From Burkholderiales bacterium (GTDB lineage Bacteria; Pseudomonadota; Gammaproteobacteria; Burkholderiales; Usitatibacteraceae): a DNA stretch of 64,000 nucleotides. Under the pieces are notes generated by a model. The model was given only the letters and a program-made list of their open reading frames with translations, searched no databases and was not told where the DNA came from. The position numbers were made by a program, and so were the translations under genes. Each line of letters starts with the position of its first letter. Position 1 is the stretch's first letter. Below are positions 38,743-48,104 of the stretch, piece by piece. Location of the stretch: contig JAYTVA010000062.1 in assembly GCA_043744255.1 (NCBI GenBank), forward strand, positions 7,843 to 71,842. The letters run 5' to 3'.

Positions 38743-39066
38743 ATGGCGATCACACTGACTGAGCGCGCGGCGACGCACGTGCAAAATTACTTGACCAAGC
38801 GCGGCAAGGGCGTGGGTTTGCGCTTTGGTGTGCGCACCACCGGCTGTTCGGGCATGGCGTACAAGCTCGAGTTTGTCGATGCGCCGGGCGATGAAGATCA
38901 GTCGTTTGAATCGCATGGCGTGAAGGTATTTGTCGATCCAAAGAGCTTGGTCTACATCGACGGCACCGAACTCGATTTTGCGCGCGAAGGTTTGAATGAA
39001 GGCTTCAAGTTCAATAACCCAAACGAGAAAAATCAGTGCGGCTGCGGGGAAAGTTTTAACGTTTAG
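38743..39066 (+). CDS. iscA: Fe-S cluster insertion protein IscA
   Basis: [16 protein letters not shown] and C-terminal CGCGESF. Confidence 0.95.
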   Translation: MAITLTERAATHVQNYLTKRGKGVGLRFGVRTTGCSGMAYKLEFVDAPGDEDQSFESHGVKVFVDPKSLVYIDGTELDFAREGLNEGFKFNNPNEKNQCGCGESFNV

Positions 39067-39277
39067 CGGTTCTTGGTAGCGTTGGTTTCCAAAAGGATCG
39101 AGTGGAAAATCCCCCAATGACCTCAACGCAAATCACCGCATCCGTTTGCCCCCTTTTCTAAAGGGGGCAGCATCTCGACAGTGTTGGCATTGAGATGGCA
39201 GGGGGATTTTCAGCGTTACAGATCGAGGTGATGCGTGCAATCTGCACCCGCACAAAGCAACCAGTGAAAATATTGAG

Positions 39278-39303
39278 ACGGGGCGATCATCGCCCCGTTT
39301 TTA
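39278..39303 (+). terminator. Intrinsic-terminator-like hairpin abutting the hscB start
   Basis: acggggcga-tca-tcgccccgt followed by ttttat. The hscB ATG is at 39308. Confidence 0.5.
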
Positions 39304-39307
39304 TGTG

Positions 39308-39841
39308 ATGAATATCGACTTCAAAAAAAATCATTTTGAATTGTTCGCGCTGCCGGTGGCTTTCGCCATCGACAGTGCCCTGCTTGATCGCGCTTATCGC
39401 GAGGTGCAGTCCGAAGTGCATCCTGATCGCTTCGCCAATGCGACCGATGCGGAAAAGCGCCTCGCCGCCCAGTGGGCAACGCGTACCAATGAAGCCTATC
39501 GCACGCTGAAATCACCGCTCAATCGCGGGCGCTATTTTTTGCAGGTGCACAGCATCGACACCGAGGAAGAAACTAACACCTCCATGCCGCTGGATTTTTT
39601 GATGCAGCAAATGGAATGGCGCGAAGCGGTGGTGGATGCGAAGGCGGCGAAAGATGAAGCGGCGATCACACAGCTCGCCAAGCAAAAACATACGGAAGAG
39701 AGGTCGCTGTTTTCATTGCTCAGCCAACAACTGGCAGAAAAATCCTCATACACCCGCGCCCGCGAGACCGTGCGTAAGCTCCGCTTTCTCGAAAAATTGG
39801 GCGAAGAAATTGATATTGCGTTCGAGGCGGTTGACCTCTAA
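39308..39841 (+). CDS. hscB: Fe-S co-chaperone HscB (J-domain)
   Basis: NHFELF..., YREVQSEVHPDRF (HPD motif). Confidence 0.9.
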   Translation: MNIDFKKNHFELFALPVAFAIDSALLDRAYREVQSEVHPDRFANATDAEKRLAAQWATRTNEAYRTLKSPLNRGRYFLQVHSIDTEEETNTSMPLDFLMQQMEWREAVVDAKAAKDEAAITQLAKQKHTEERSLFSLLSQQLAEKSSYTRARETVRKLRFLEKLGEEIDIAFEAVDL

Positions 39842-39860
39842 CCCTTGAAAGAAAAAAGTA

Positions 39861-41741
39861 ATGGCTCTCCTGCAAATCGCTGAACCCGGCGAATCGACCG
39901 CCCCGCATCAACACCGGCTCGCCGTCGGCATTGATCTGGGCACGACCAACTCTTTGCTCGCGACGGTGCGCAGCGGTGCCGCCGAAATTTTGACCAATCA
40001 CGAGGGCGAAAAATTGCTGCCCTCGGTGGTGCGCTACTTCGCGGAAGGCCGCGTCGATATTGGCCGCGCAGCCAAAGACAGTCAGGCCGATGATCCTGAA
40101 AACACCATCGTTTCCGTCAAGCGTTTTATGGGGCGTGGCCTCGCCGACGTGGCGCGCTATGGTGCCTTGCCGTACAAATTTGTTGATGCGCCCGGCATGG
40201 TGAAAATCGACACAGTCGCGGGCGTGAAATCTCCGGTCGATGTTTCTGCTGACATCTTGCGGGTATTGCGTGCGCAAGCCGAAGAGGCGCTCGGTGGTGA
40301 GTTGGTGGGAGCGGTGATTACCGTGCCCGCCTATTTTGATGATGCGCAAAGGCAAGCGACGAAGGATGCGGCGCGTCTCGCGGGTCTCGACGTGCTGCGC
40401 TTATTGAACGAACCGACTGCGGCGGCGATTGCCTACGGCCTCGACAATGGTTCCGAAGGCACCTTCGTCGTTTTCGATTTGGGCGGCGGCACGTTCGACG
40501 TGTCGATTCTCAAACTCACGCGCGGCGTGTTTGAAGTGCTGGCGACCAACGGCGATTCAGCGCTAGGCGGCGATGATTTCGATCAGACCATTGCTGCACA
40601 TTGGCGCAAGCAACACGGCCTCGTCGGCGCGAATCACAAGGACATGCGGCGCCTGTTGATGGCGGCGCGGCGCGTAAAAGAAGCGCTCACTGACGTGGTG
40701 ATTGCCGATACCAGTGTCACGCTTTCGTATGGGCAGGAGCCAGTATTCAAGCTCACGCGCGAAGAGTTTCATCACATGACCGCGCAGTTGATTGAGCGCA
40801 CTTTGCAACCGACAAAGAAAGCGATGCGTGATGCCAAGCTCACCCCTGGCGACATTGACGGCGTGGTGATGGTCGGTGGTGCCACCCGCATGCCGCATGT
40901 GCAGGCCTTGGTGTCCGAGTATTTCGGCAAGCCGCTACTGAACAATCTCGACCCTGACAAGGTGGTCGCCCTCGGCGCGGCGATTCAAGCGAACGTACTC
41001 GCGGGCAACAAAACCGGCGAGGACATGCTGCTGCTCGATGTGATTCCGCTCTCGCTGGGTTTGGAAACCATGGGCGGCTTGGTCGAAAAAGTTATTCCGC
41101 GCAATTCCACCATTCCGGTCGCACGCGCGCAGGAATTTACAACTTACAAAGATGGGCAAACCGCGATGGCGATTCACGTCGTGCAGGGTGAGCGTGAGTT
41201 GGTGAAAGACTGCCGATCATTAGCGCGCTTTGTACTGCGCGGTATTCCGCCAATGGTGGCAGGTGCCGCGCGGATTCGCGTGACGTTTCAAGTCGATGCG
41301 GATGGACTTGTCGCGGTCGCCGCACGGGAATTGGTGAGCGGCGTTGAAGCCAACATTGAAGTGAAGCCATCGTACGGACTTACTGACGCGGAAATCGCGG
41401 ACATGCTCAAAGCCAGCTTTAGCCATGCCAAAGAAGACGCTGACGCACGGGTGCTGAGCGAAGCGCGCGTGGATGCGATTCGTTTGATCGACGCCGTAGA
41501 AGCCGCGCTCAAGAAAGATGGCGAGGCGTTGTTGAGCGCGGACGAAAGGGAAAAAATTGAACACGCCATTGCGGCATTGCGTCCCGTTGCTGCGGCCGAC
41601 GATGCGCGCACAATGAAGACTGCGATGGAAACTCTCTCGCAAACCACCGAAGAATTTGCCGCGCGGCGGATGGATCGTAGCGTGGCATCTGCCCTCAAAG
41701 GCAAAACCATTGCCGAAGCCTTAACCGACGACACCAAATGA
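39861..41741 (+). CDS. hscA: Fe-S chaperone HscA (Hsp70 family)
   Basis: [42 protein letters not shown]. Confidence 0.97.
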   Translation: MALLQIAEPGESTAPHQHRLAVGIDLGTTNSLLATVRSGAAEILTNHEGEKLLPSVVRYFAEGRVDIGRAAKDSQADDPENTIVSVKRFMGRGLADVARYGALPYKFVDAPGMVKIDTVAGVKSPVDVSADILRVLRAQAEEALGGELVGAVITVPAYFDDAQRQATKDAARLAGLDVLRLLNEPTAAAIAYGLDNGSEGTFVVFDLGGGTFDVSILKLTRGVFEVLATNGDSALGGDDFDQTIAAHWRKQHGLVGANHKDMRRLLMAARRVKEALTDVVIADTSVTLSYGQEPVFKLTREEFHHMTAQLIERTLQPTKKAMRDAKLTPGDIDGVVMVGGATRMPHVQALVSEYFGKPLLNNLDPDKVVALGAAIQANVLAGNKTGEDMLLLDVIPLSLGLETMGGLVEKVIPRNSTIPVARAQEFTTYKDGQTAMAIHVVQGERELVKDCRSLARFVLRGIPPMVAGAARIRVTFQVDADGLVAVAARELVSGVEANIEVKPSYGLTDAEIADMLKASFSHAKEDADARVLSEARVDAIRLIDAVEAALKKDGEALLSADEREKIEHAIAALRPVAAADDARTMKTAMETLSQTTEEFAARRMDRSVASALKGKTIAEALTDDTK

Positions 41742-42076
41742 CCACCATTAAAATCCTCCCCCACGAATCGCTCTGCCCCAAGGGTCTCGAATTCGACGCG
41801 CCCAACGGCGAAACGCTCTGCGACGCGCTGCTGCGCAACCACATCGAAATCGAACACGCTTGCGAAAAATCTTGCGCGTGTACGACCTGCCACGTCATCG
41901 TGCGCGAAGGCATTGCTTCACTCGACGAGGCCGCCGAAAAAGAAGAAGACATGCTCGATATGGCGTGGGGTTTGACGCCGTTATCGCGGCTTTCCTGCCA
42001 AGCCAAGGTGCGCGATCAAGCGCTCGTGATTGAAATCCCGAAATACACGATCAATCATGCACGGGAGACCCACTGA
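41738..42076 (+). CDS. fdx: [2Fe-2S] ferredoxin of the ISC system
   Basis: [14 protein letters not shown] ... LSCQ cysteine pattern. The start overlaps the hscA stop. Confidence 0.95.
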   Translation: MTTIKILPHESLCPKGLEFDAPNGETLCDALLRNHIEIEHACEKSCACTTCHVIVREGIASLDEAAEKEEDMLDMAWGLTPLSRLSCQAKVRDQALVIEIPKYTINHARETH

Positions 42077-42276
42077 TGACGCTCAAATGGACGGACACGC
42101 TGGAGATCGCGATGCGGCTTCTGGACGCGCACCCCGAAGTAGATCCGAAAACGATTCGCTTTACCGACTTGCGCGCGTGGGTGATGGCGTTGCCGGAGTT
42201 TGGCGATGACCCCACGCACTCGGGCGAAAAAATTCTCGAAGCCATTCAAATGGCGTGGATTGACGAGGCGGAGTAA
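42076..42276 (+). CDS. iscX: Fe-S assembly protein IscX
   Basis: [30 protein letters not shown], 66 aa, the last gene of the isc operon. Confidence 0.9.
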   Translation: MTLKWTDTLEIAMRLLDAHPEVDPKTIRFTDLRAWVMALPEFGDDPTHSGEKILEAIQMAWIDEAE

Positions 42277-42290
42277 CGGAACAGCGGACG

Positions 42291-42424
42291 AAAAAAAGGG
42301 TGGTCTTTCGACCACCCCTCAAGGCGCACTCTCGAGTATCCACAGAGGAGAACCTTCAGTGATTTGGGGACCTATCCATCACACCGAAGCGCCCAGGGAG
42401 GAGGGGCGTTCCGCGAATACTCGT
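42291..42424 (-). ncRNA. Candidate sigma54-dependent small RNA (about 130 nt) with CU-rich loops
   Basis: Bounded by a sigma54 promoter (42433-42449) and a minus-strand terminator, gggtggtc-gaaa-gaccaccc plus ttttttt (42291-42317). The predicted stem gaacgccc/gggcg(c)ttc presents the loop CUCCUCCCU. No ORF is present. Confidence 0.45.
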
Positions 42425-42432
42425 AGCTATTC

Positions 42433-42449
42433 TAGCAGATGGCGTGCCA
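42433..42449 (-). promoter_or_regulatory. Sigma54 (-24/-12) promoter
   Basis: The minus strand reads TGGCACGccatCTGCT against the consensus TGGCACG-N4-TTGCW. GG-N10-GC spacing is exact. Confidence 0.55.
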
Positions 42450-42479
42450 GAAAAAATATATCTATACAAAACAAAGGCT

Positions 42480-42606
42480 TGTCAACAATTGTCGCAAAAA
42501 TCTAGCGCCTAGGTTACTCACCTACTGTCTGGTTGTGGCGACATAAACGGTAATAATTTTTAACCTATTGATTCGATAGACTAATTGTTGTCTCTGTTCG
42601 GCGACA
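42480..42606. promoter_or_regulatory. Putative enhancer (UAS): two perfect and one degenerate TGTC-N10-GACA boxes
   Basis: TGTCtggttgtggcGACA (42526-42543) and TGTCtctgttcggcGACA (42589-42606) are 63 bp apart. A degenerate TGTCaacaattgtcGCAA lies at 42480-42497. An A/T-rich tract (42450-42477) sits between the boxes and the promoter. Confidence 0.45.
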
Positions 42607-42689
42607 TTCGCATCTAGCATTCCAACACATTTGCGGCACTTTTTGTGTCCGCGCAGTCGCATGCGCCGACCGACACCCCAGTCAGCACC

Positions 42690-44099
42690 TCAATCCTGAT
42701 GCGGTTTGAAATGCGCCGCTTCCAGCCCATGCCGCTGGAGCAATTTGTAGAATTCGGTGCGGTTACGCCGCGCCAGCTTGGCCGCCTGCGTCACGTTGCC
42801 TTGGGTGAGCTTGAGAATACGCGTCAGATAGTCGTATTCAAAGCGGCGCCGCGCATCCTCAAACGAATCGACGGTCTGCATCCCAAGCTGCATTGCCTGC
42901 TCGACAGTTTTCGGCGCGACGATGTCGGTACTGGTGAGCGCGACTGCCTGTTCGGCCACGTTAAAAAGCTGGCGAATATTGCCCGGCCAAGGTGCTGCGA
43001 TCAGCATTTCCAAGGCATCCGGTGAAAACGCGTTCACGTTCTTCTCGTAACGCTTCGCGAGCACTCTTAGAAAGTGGTTGAGCAGTAAAGGAATGTCTTC
43101 GCGGCGGTCGCGCAACGGTGGCAGCAACAGCGTTACGACGTTCAGCCGATAGAACAAATCCTCGCGGAACGCGCCAGTTGCCTTGGCCTCCACCAAATCG
43201 CGATGGCTGGCTGAAATCACGCGCACGTCTACCGGCACGGTCTTGGTTGAGCCGACTGGACGCACCTCGCGCGCTTCCAATACGCGCAACAGTTTTACTT
43301 GAAGTGATAACGGCATGTCGCCAATTTCATCGAGCAGCAACGTGCCACCGTTGGCTTCCATGAATAGACCCGCATGATCGCTGGTCGCGCCAGTGAAGGC
43401 ACCCTTCTTGTGGCCGAACAGCTCAGACTCCAACAGCGCTTCGGGAATGGCACCGCAGTTAATTGCGACGAATGGCTTGTCCGCGCGCCGACTCGCGCGG
43501 TGAATTGCCTGCGCCAGCACCTCTTTGCCGGTGCCGCTTTCACCCTGGATTAACACGCTCGCCTCTCCCTGCGCCACGCGCTCTGCGCGCAGCAACAAGT
43601 CTTCCATCAGCGGGCTCTTGGTGATGATGTCGGAACGCCAGGCGCTGGCCGCATTCTGCGAGTCGCGGGTACGCGAGGCGGTGCCATGCAGCGACAATGC
43701 GCGCTCAATTTGTTGCAGTAGCTGGTGCGCATCGTAGGGCTTGGTGATGTAGCCGAAAACGCCCTGCTGGGTGGCGGCTACGGCGTCCGGAATGGTGCCA
43801 TGGGCGGTGAGCATGATGACCGGCAGGCCGGAGTGGCGACGCTCAATTTCGTGGAATAGCGCCATGCCGTCGAGACCCGCCATACGCAAATCCGTGACCA
43901 CCAGATCGGGTCGCTCGGCGGCGATCATCGACAACGCTTGTTGGCCGCTACTGGCAGTCATCACCGCGTAGCCGCTCGCTTTCAGGCGAATCGCCAACAG
44001 CTTCAACAGATCTGGATCATCGTCTACCAGCAGCAAATTGCCGTTTTGCATGCGTGGCGGCGTAATACTCGGGGGGTGAAGCACTGCGGCCATGTTCAT
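42690..44099 (-). CDS. Sigma54-dependent response regulator (NtrC family; GlrR/QseF-like by context)
   Basis: Receiver LLLVDDDPDLL..VVTDLRMAG. AAA+ GESGTGKE, GAFTGA and ESELFGH. Fis-type HTH GNVTQAAKLARRNRTEFYKLL. RBS ggag precedes ATG 44099. Confidence 0.9.
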   Translation of the reverse strand: MNMAAVLHPPSITPPRMQNGNLLLVDDDPDLLKLLAIRLKASGYAVMTASSGQQALSMIAAERPDLVVTDLRMAGLDGMALFHEIERRHSGLPVIMLTAHGTIPDAVAATQQGVFGYITKPYDAHQLLQQIERALSLHGTASRTRDSQNAASAWRSDIITKSPLMEDLLLRAERVAQGEASVLIQGESGTGKEVLAQAIHRASRRADKPFVAINCGAIPEALLESELFGHKKGAFTGATSDHAGLFMEANGGTLLLDEIGDMPLSLQVKLLRVLEAREVRPVGSTKTVPVDVRVISASHRDLVEAKATGAFREDLFYRLNVVTLLLPPLRDRREDIPLLLNHFLRVLAKRYEKNVNAFSPDALEMLIAAPWPGNIRQLFNVAEQAVALTSTDIVAPKTVEQAMQLGMQTVDSFEDARRRFEYDYLTRILKLTQGNVTQAAKLARRNRTEFYKLLQRHGLEAAHFKPHQD

Positions 44100-44111
44100 A
44101 CACAAACTCCA

Positions 44112-44762
44112 CTATTTGGGCGGCACATCGCTCCGATCATTGGCACGAGGCGGCGCACTACGAAAAATCGATTTATACGCGGCGAGCTGTTTTTCCAGCT
44201 CTTCTATTTTTAACCGCAAGTTCCGTGCCTCTGTTTGTGCCACGGTCAGTTCATCGCGCCGGGCACCTTGGGTTTTCACCTGCGTTTCGCGCGCCAACTC
44301 GGCTTGGCGCTTGCGTACTTGCACCAACGATTGAATTAGCACCGCCAACGCGCGCACCTCAGGGTCTGGCGAGGTCGCGGTGACGGTGCCGTTGAACGCA
44401 ATCGGGTCAACCAACGCGATGATTTCGTCGTCGTTATTCGCTAGGGCGTTGGTCGGCGCGGGCGGAGCGAGTGACAGCCACACTGCCAACCGCACCCGGT
44501 TCATATCGCTGCGATCCTGGGTGTAGTCGGTGCGGGCACGATCACGCTCGGCGATGAATTCGGCTTGCGGAAGTTTGCGCGCTTGCAAAATCAGCGTCAT
44601 CAGTTGATCGACCGTAGACGTGGCCTGCACGGTGATGACCCGTGGCGCTGGCTTGGGCAGGGTCTCGACGCGCTTACTGTCAAGCGCGCAGGCCGACAGC
44701 AGCAGCGCCAGTGTTGTAGCGAGCCAAATTTGTACAAGTTGGAATGGTGAGTGCGCGCGCAT
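44112..44762 (-). CDS. Lipoprotein with a coiled-coil C-terminus (QseG/YfhG-like by position)
   Basis: Signal peptide plus lipobox MRAHSPFQLVQIWLATTLALLLSAC. The C-terminal ELARETQVKTQGARRDELTVAQTEARNLRLKIEELEKQLAAYK is coiled-coil-like. Sits between the kinase and regulator genes. Confidence 0.6.
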   Translation of the reverse strand: MRAHSPFQLVQIWLATTLALLLSACALDSKRVETLPKPAPRVITVQATSTVDQLMTLILQARKLPQAEFIAERDRARTDYTQDRSDMNRVRLAVWLSLAPPAPTNALANNDDEIIALVDPIAFNGTVTATSPDPEVRALAVLIQSLVQVRKRQAELARETQVKTQGARRDELTVAQTEARNLRLKIEELEKQLAAYKSIFRSAPPRANDRSDVPPK

Positions 44763-44805
44763 AACATCCCAATTATTGCGCGAATTGTCGACCAAGAACA
44801 CCACG

Positions 44806-46395
44806 CTACCCTTCCACTTTTGGCTGCTTCGGCACCACCACCCGCATGCGCGCGCCGTCAGCGGCAATCGAGCTCACCGAGCCCTGGTGCATCTCAACGT
44901 AATCACGCACAATCGCGAGCCCAAGCCCGGTGCCCTTGGTGCCGGTAGCGACCGCCGATTGACTGCGATAAAACGGATCAAATATTTTTTCGCGCTCTTC
45001 TGGCGGTATGCCGGGTCCCTCGTCAATTACTTCCATGATCGCCTGATCGTGGCGTTTGCCCAAGCGCACGACGATCGTTCCGCCGACCGGCGAATACTTC
45101 ACGGCATTCGACAGCAAATTATCTATTACCACGCGTAGCTTGCCTGCGTCACCCATGATGCTGGTCTTCTCGCAGTCACGCTGAATCTTCAACGACTTTG
45201 CCGTCACCGCAATTTTCTGCGCATCGATCACTTCATCAATCAAATCTTTGAGCTGCAAAGGCTTTAGTTCTAGTGCCGTCTTTTGCGCGATGCGCGAAGC
45301 CGATTGTGATTGCGAATAGGTGAGCAAATCCTGAATCAGGCGTTCTAGGGTCAGTGAGTTTTGTTTCAGGATGCGGGTGACTTCGCGTTGCTCCTCGGTC
45401 AGCTTGCCGACCACCTCATCGCCCAACAAATCAGAGCCCTCACGCAAGGCGGTAAGCGGCGTTTTGAGTTCGTGCGACACGTGCTGAAAAAATCGCGTTT
45501 TTTGATCCTCAAGTGAAATCAGGCGTTGGCGTAACCAGTCGAGCTGTTCGCCCAGCTGGCGAATATCGCGCGGCCCAGAAATCCGGATAGATCGTGCCAG
45601 CTTGCCTTGACCGAGTCGATTGATCGCATCATCGAGTTCCCGAATCGGTCGCGCCAACGCGTACGCGAAACCGGCGATCAGGAACACCGCCACCGGTACC
45701 ATGCCAACGGTCTGCCAATAAGCCTGATTTTTCGAGGTCTCTGCGTAGGCGCGCAATTCTTCGGTATCACGCTCGATCATCTTGTCGCCAAGTTGCACCA
45801 AGGTCTGCACGCGCTTGCCCAATTGTACGAAATCAACCACCAGTTTTTGTTCCAACGGCTTGTCGATTTGCCGCGAGACCGGGTCACGTGCGCCCAGTGC
45901 GGCATGTACTGACTGCTCGGCTTTACCGATGGCGTCCGTCGTGCTGCGCATTTCTGCGGGCAACGGCAGTTTCGCCATTTGCTGCAACACGCCCTGAAAA
46001 TCTTCGCGCGCGTGGCGATAGCTCTCCAGCATATCAAGCTCAGGAGAAACCGCGTACACGCGAGCGGAGCGCTCCATCGTTTGGATCAGCCCGGCCAGCT
46101 TGCGGGCATTTTCTTTCGCCTGCGAGGCATTGCGAACCGCTCGCTCGCTCTTGTTCAGCAAACGCTCCATCGACAGCGCACTGGAAACCAGACCCGCGAC
46201 CAGCGGCAAGGAAACAATGATGAAGCCGGCCAGCAATAGCGCCAAAAACGTAATCGGAAAGCGCAGATGAATGCGGTGCGAGCCTGCATCGTCGTCACGG
46301 CGCGCGGGCGAATTGGGGACGGCAGCGTCTGCCGGGGTCGACGCGGGAGGCGCGGGGAGGGGTGCAGACACTGGAGCGGATGCGGGCGCGGACAT
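44806..46395 (-). CDS. Sensor histidine kinase (GlrK/QseE-like by context)
   Basis: TM segments and a HAMP-like region. H-box FFQHVSHELKTPLTAL, N-box LLSNAVKYSP, and G-boxes DEGPGIP / GTGLGLAIV. An alternative start lies at 46488. Confidence 0.85.
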   Translation of the reverse strand: MSAPASAPVSAPLPAPPASTPADAAVPNSPARRDDDAGSHRIHLRFPITFLALLLAGFIIVSLPLVAGLVSSALSMERLLNKSERAVRNASQAKENARKLAGLIQTMERSARVYAVSPELDMLESYRHAREDFQGVLQQMAKLPLPAEMRSTTDAIGKAEQSVHAALGARDPVSRQIDKPLEQKLVVDFVQLGKRVQTLVQLGDKMIERDTEELRAYAETSKNQAYWQTVGMVPVAVFLIAGFAYALARPIRELDDAINRLGQGKLARSIRISGPRDIRQLGEQLDWLRQRLISLEDQKTRFFQHVSHELKTPLTALREGSDLLGDEVVGKLTEEQREVTRILKQNSLTLERLIQDLLTYSQSQSASRIAQKTALELKPLQLKDLIDEVIDAQKIAVTAKSLKIQRDCEKTSIMGDAGKLRVVIDNLLSNAVKYSPVGGTIVVRLGKRHDQAIMEVIDEGPGIPPEEREKIFDPFYRSQSAVATGTKGTGLGLAIVRDYVEMHQGSVSSIAADGARMRVVVPKQPKVEG

Positions 46396-46529
46396 CGGAT
46401 CAGCCTTACAAAAGTGACTCAAGCAAATGATACTCGGCAGCGCGGCTTGCGCCGAGTCATCTATCGCATGCGGGGTGCGTGCTACCATTCACGGCTGATT
46501 GAGCAAATACCGTCATAAAAGACAGAATC

Positions 46530-46724
46530 ATGGCCAACTACGAATCCGAACTAACGCAATTTATTCGCGACCTGCTCGACAAGAATCCTGAACTCAAGGA
46601 ATTGCAAAAACAAAATCGCGCCACTTGGTGGGATAAGAAACTCGACGCCGATCAATTAACACGCAACGAACAATCGGAAGCGCCGAAGCAGCCGTATGCT
46701 TATTTTCCGTTGCCAAAGGGCTAG
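46530..46724 (+). CDS. DUF3460-like small protein
   Basis: MANYESELTQFIRDLLDKNPELKELQKQNRATWWDKK, 64 aa. Confidence 0.55.
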   Translation: MANYESELTQFIRDLLDKNPELKELQKQNRATWWDKKLDADQLTRNEQSEAPKQPYAYFPLPKG

Positions 46725-46779
46725 TTGATCTCGCGGCTCAGGCCGTAAGCTGCCTGAAGACGCCCGGTAATAAACGAGT

Positions 46780-48066
46780 TTAGGCCTTCACCACTTCGCC
46801 AGCCAGGGTCTCTCGCTGCTGCTGGGTGCGGCCAAGATACATCCCCAAGCCCATCATCAACAGCGCGAATGGGATGGCCATTAGCGCCATGCCGCCGGTG
46901 AGAAAGCCGAGGCTGCGCACCCCAGCGTGTACCCAGTTGGACACCGCATCGCCGCCTCGCGAGACTACGGTATCAATCACGCTCTTGGTCTTGTAGCGAT
47001 CTTCGCGGCTGACGCCGGTGAACAGTATTTCGCGCGAGGGCTTGCTGATGCCGTATTCCATGGAACGGCGCATCACGGTGCAGACGACGATGACGGTGAG
47101 TGTCGGCAACGCCGCAGTGACGCCGAGTGAGATGGCGGCGAGTGCGGGCAGGATCGCGAGGCAAAATAACAGACCCGCGCGGCGCACCAACGCACTGGTA
47201 ACAAATAGCTGGAGGAACAGCGTGATCGCATTCACCGCGAGGTCAATCTGCGCAAAGAGCTGCGTGCGTTCCGCTGCTGTCGGGATCGTTTCAGCGACCA
47301 GCCGGAGCTGCTCAAGATAGAAGTAAGTACCCAAGGCTTGACCGAGGAAAATGTAACAGGCGATCGCGAACAAATACGGCGATTGAAATACGTGCTTGAT
47401 GCCGTCGAGCACACCGCCACCCAGCGCCTGCTCCTGCGCGGCCTCGGCCACCCGCTCGGCATCTGACATGCCCGCGCGATGCCGCGCCCAGTGGCCGAGG
47501 CCAACGATGCACAACATGGATACACCGAGCAGCGTGGCGGAGATCAGCAACAGATTCGGCACGCCCACTTGCTTGACCAATAGTGCGGTGATTGCGGGAC
47601 CCGCCATCGCGCCAAGGCTGCCACCGGCGGCGATACCGCCGAACAAGCGCTTGGCACGATCACTATTGAACACGTCCGTCATGAAACTCCAGAACACGCT
47701 CACCACGAAATAGTTGAACACCGAAATCCACACGTAGAAGCTCTTCGCCACGACCGATTTGTCGAACGCACTTGACTGGAGCGCGACGTAAAAAAACAAA
47801 ATGTTCGTGATGAAAAACAGATATACGATCGGCAAAAAAATACGCCTTGGCCAACGCGATGAAATCCAGCCGAATAGCGGCGTGATCGCCAACATGCCGA
47901 CGAAGGTCGCCGTCCACAGCCAAGGCAGATTCTTTAGGCCACCCTGAATGCCCATCTCTTCACGCACGGGGCGCAGCACGTAATACGAGCAAAGCAAAAA
48001 GAAAAAATAGGCGAACGCCCACGCGAAGGCGATCCACTCGTCACGTTTGATGTCGATGATTTTCAA
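46780..48066 (-). CDS. MFS-type transporter (nucleotide translocase/Npt-like N-terminus)
   Basis: About 12 predicted TM helices. N-terminal FAWAFAYFFFLLCSYYVLRPVREEMG. Confidence 0.7.
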   Translation of the reverse strand: MKIIDIKRDEWIAFAWAFAYFFFLLCSYYVLRPVREEMGIQGGLKNLPWLWTATFVGMLAITPLFGWISSRWPRRIFLPIVYLFFITNILFFYVALQSSAFDKSVVAKSFYVWISVFNYFVVSVFWSFMTDVFNSDRAKRLFGGIAAGGSLGAMAGPAITALLVKQVGVPNLLLISATLLGVSMLCIVGLGHWARHRAGMSDAERVAEAAQEQALGGGVLDGIKHVFQSPYLFAIACYIFLGQALGTYFYLEQLRLVAETIPTAAERTQLFAQIDLAVNAITLFLQLFVTSALVRRAGLLFCLAILPALAAISLGVTAALPTLTVIVVCTVMRRSMEYGISKPSREILFTGVSREDRYKTKSVIDTVVSRGGDAVSNWVHAGVRSLGFLTGGMALMAIPFALLMMGLGMYLGRTQQQRETLAGEVVKA

Positions 48067-48104
48067 GATGGTGTTTTCATAGGCAATGCGCGAAGTCTAC
48101 GGGC

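Noticed and set aside
42298-42317. Hairpin after iscX considered as the isc operon terminator
   Set aside because: The A-run precedes the stem on the plus strand, and the U-run follows it only on the minus strand. It is therefore oriented for a minus-strand transcript, though weak bidirectional action cannot be excluded.
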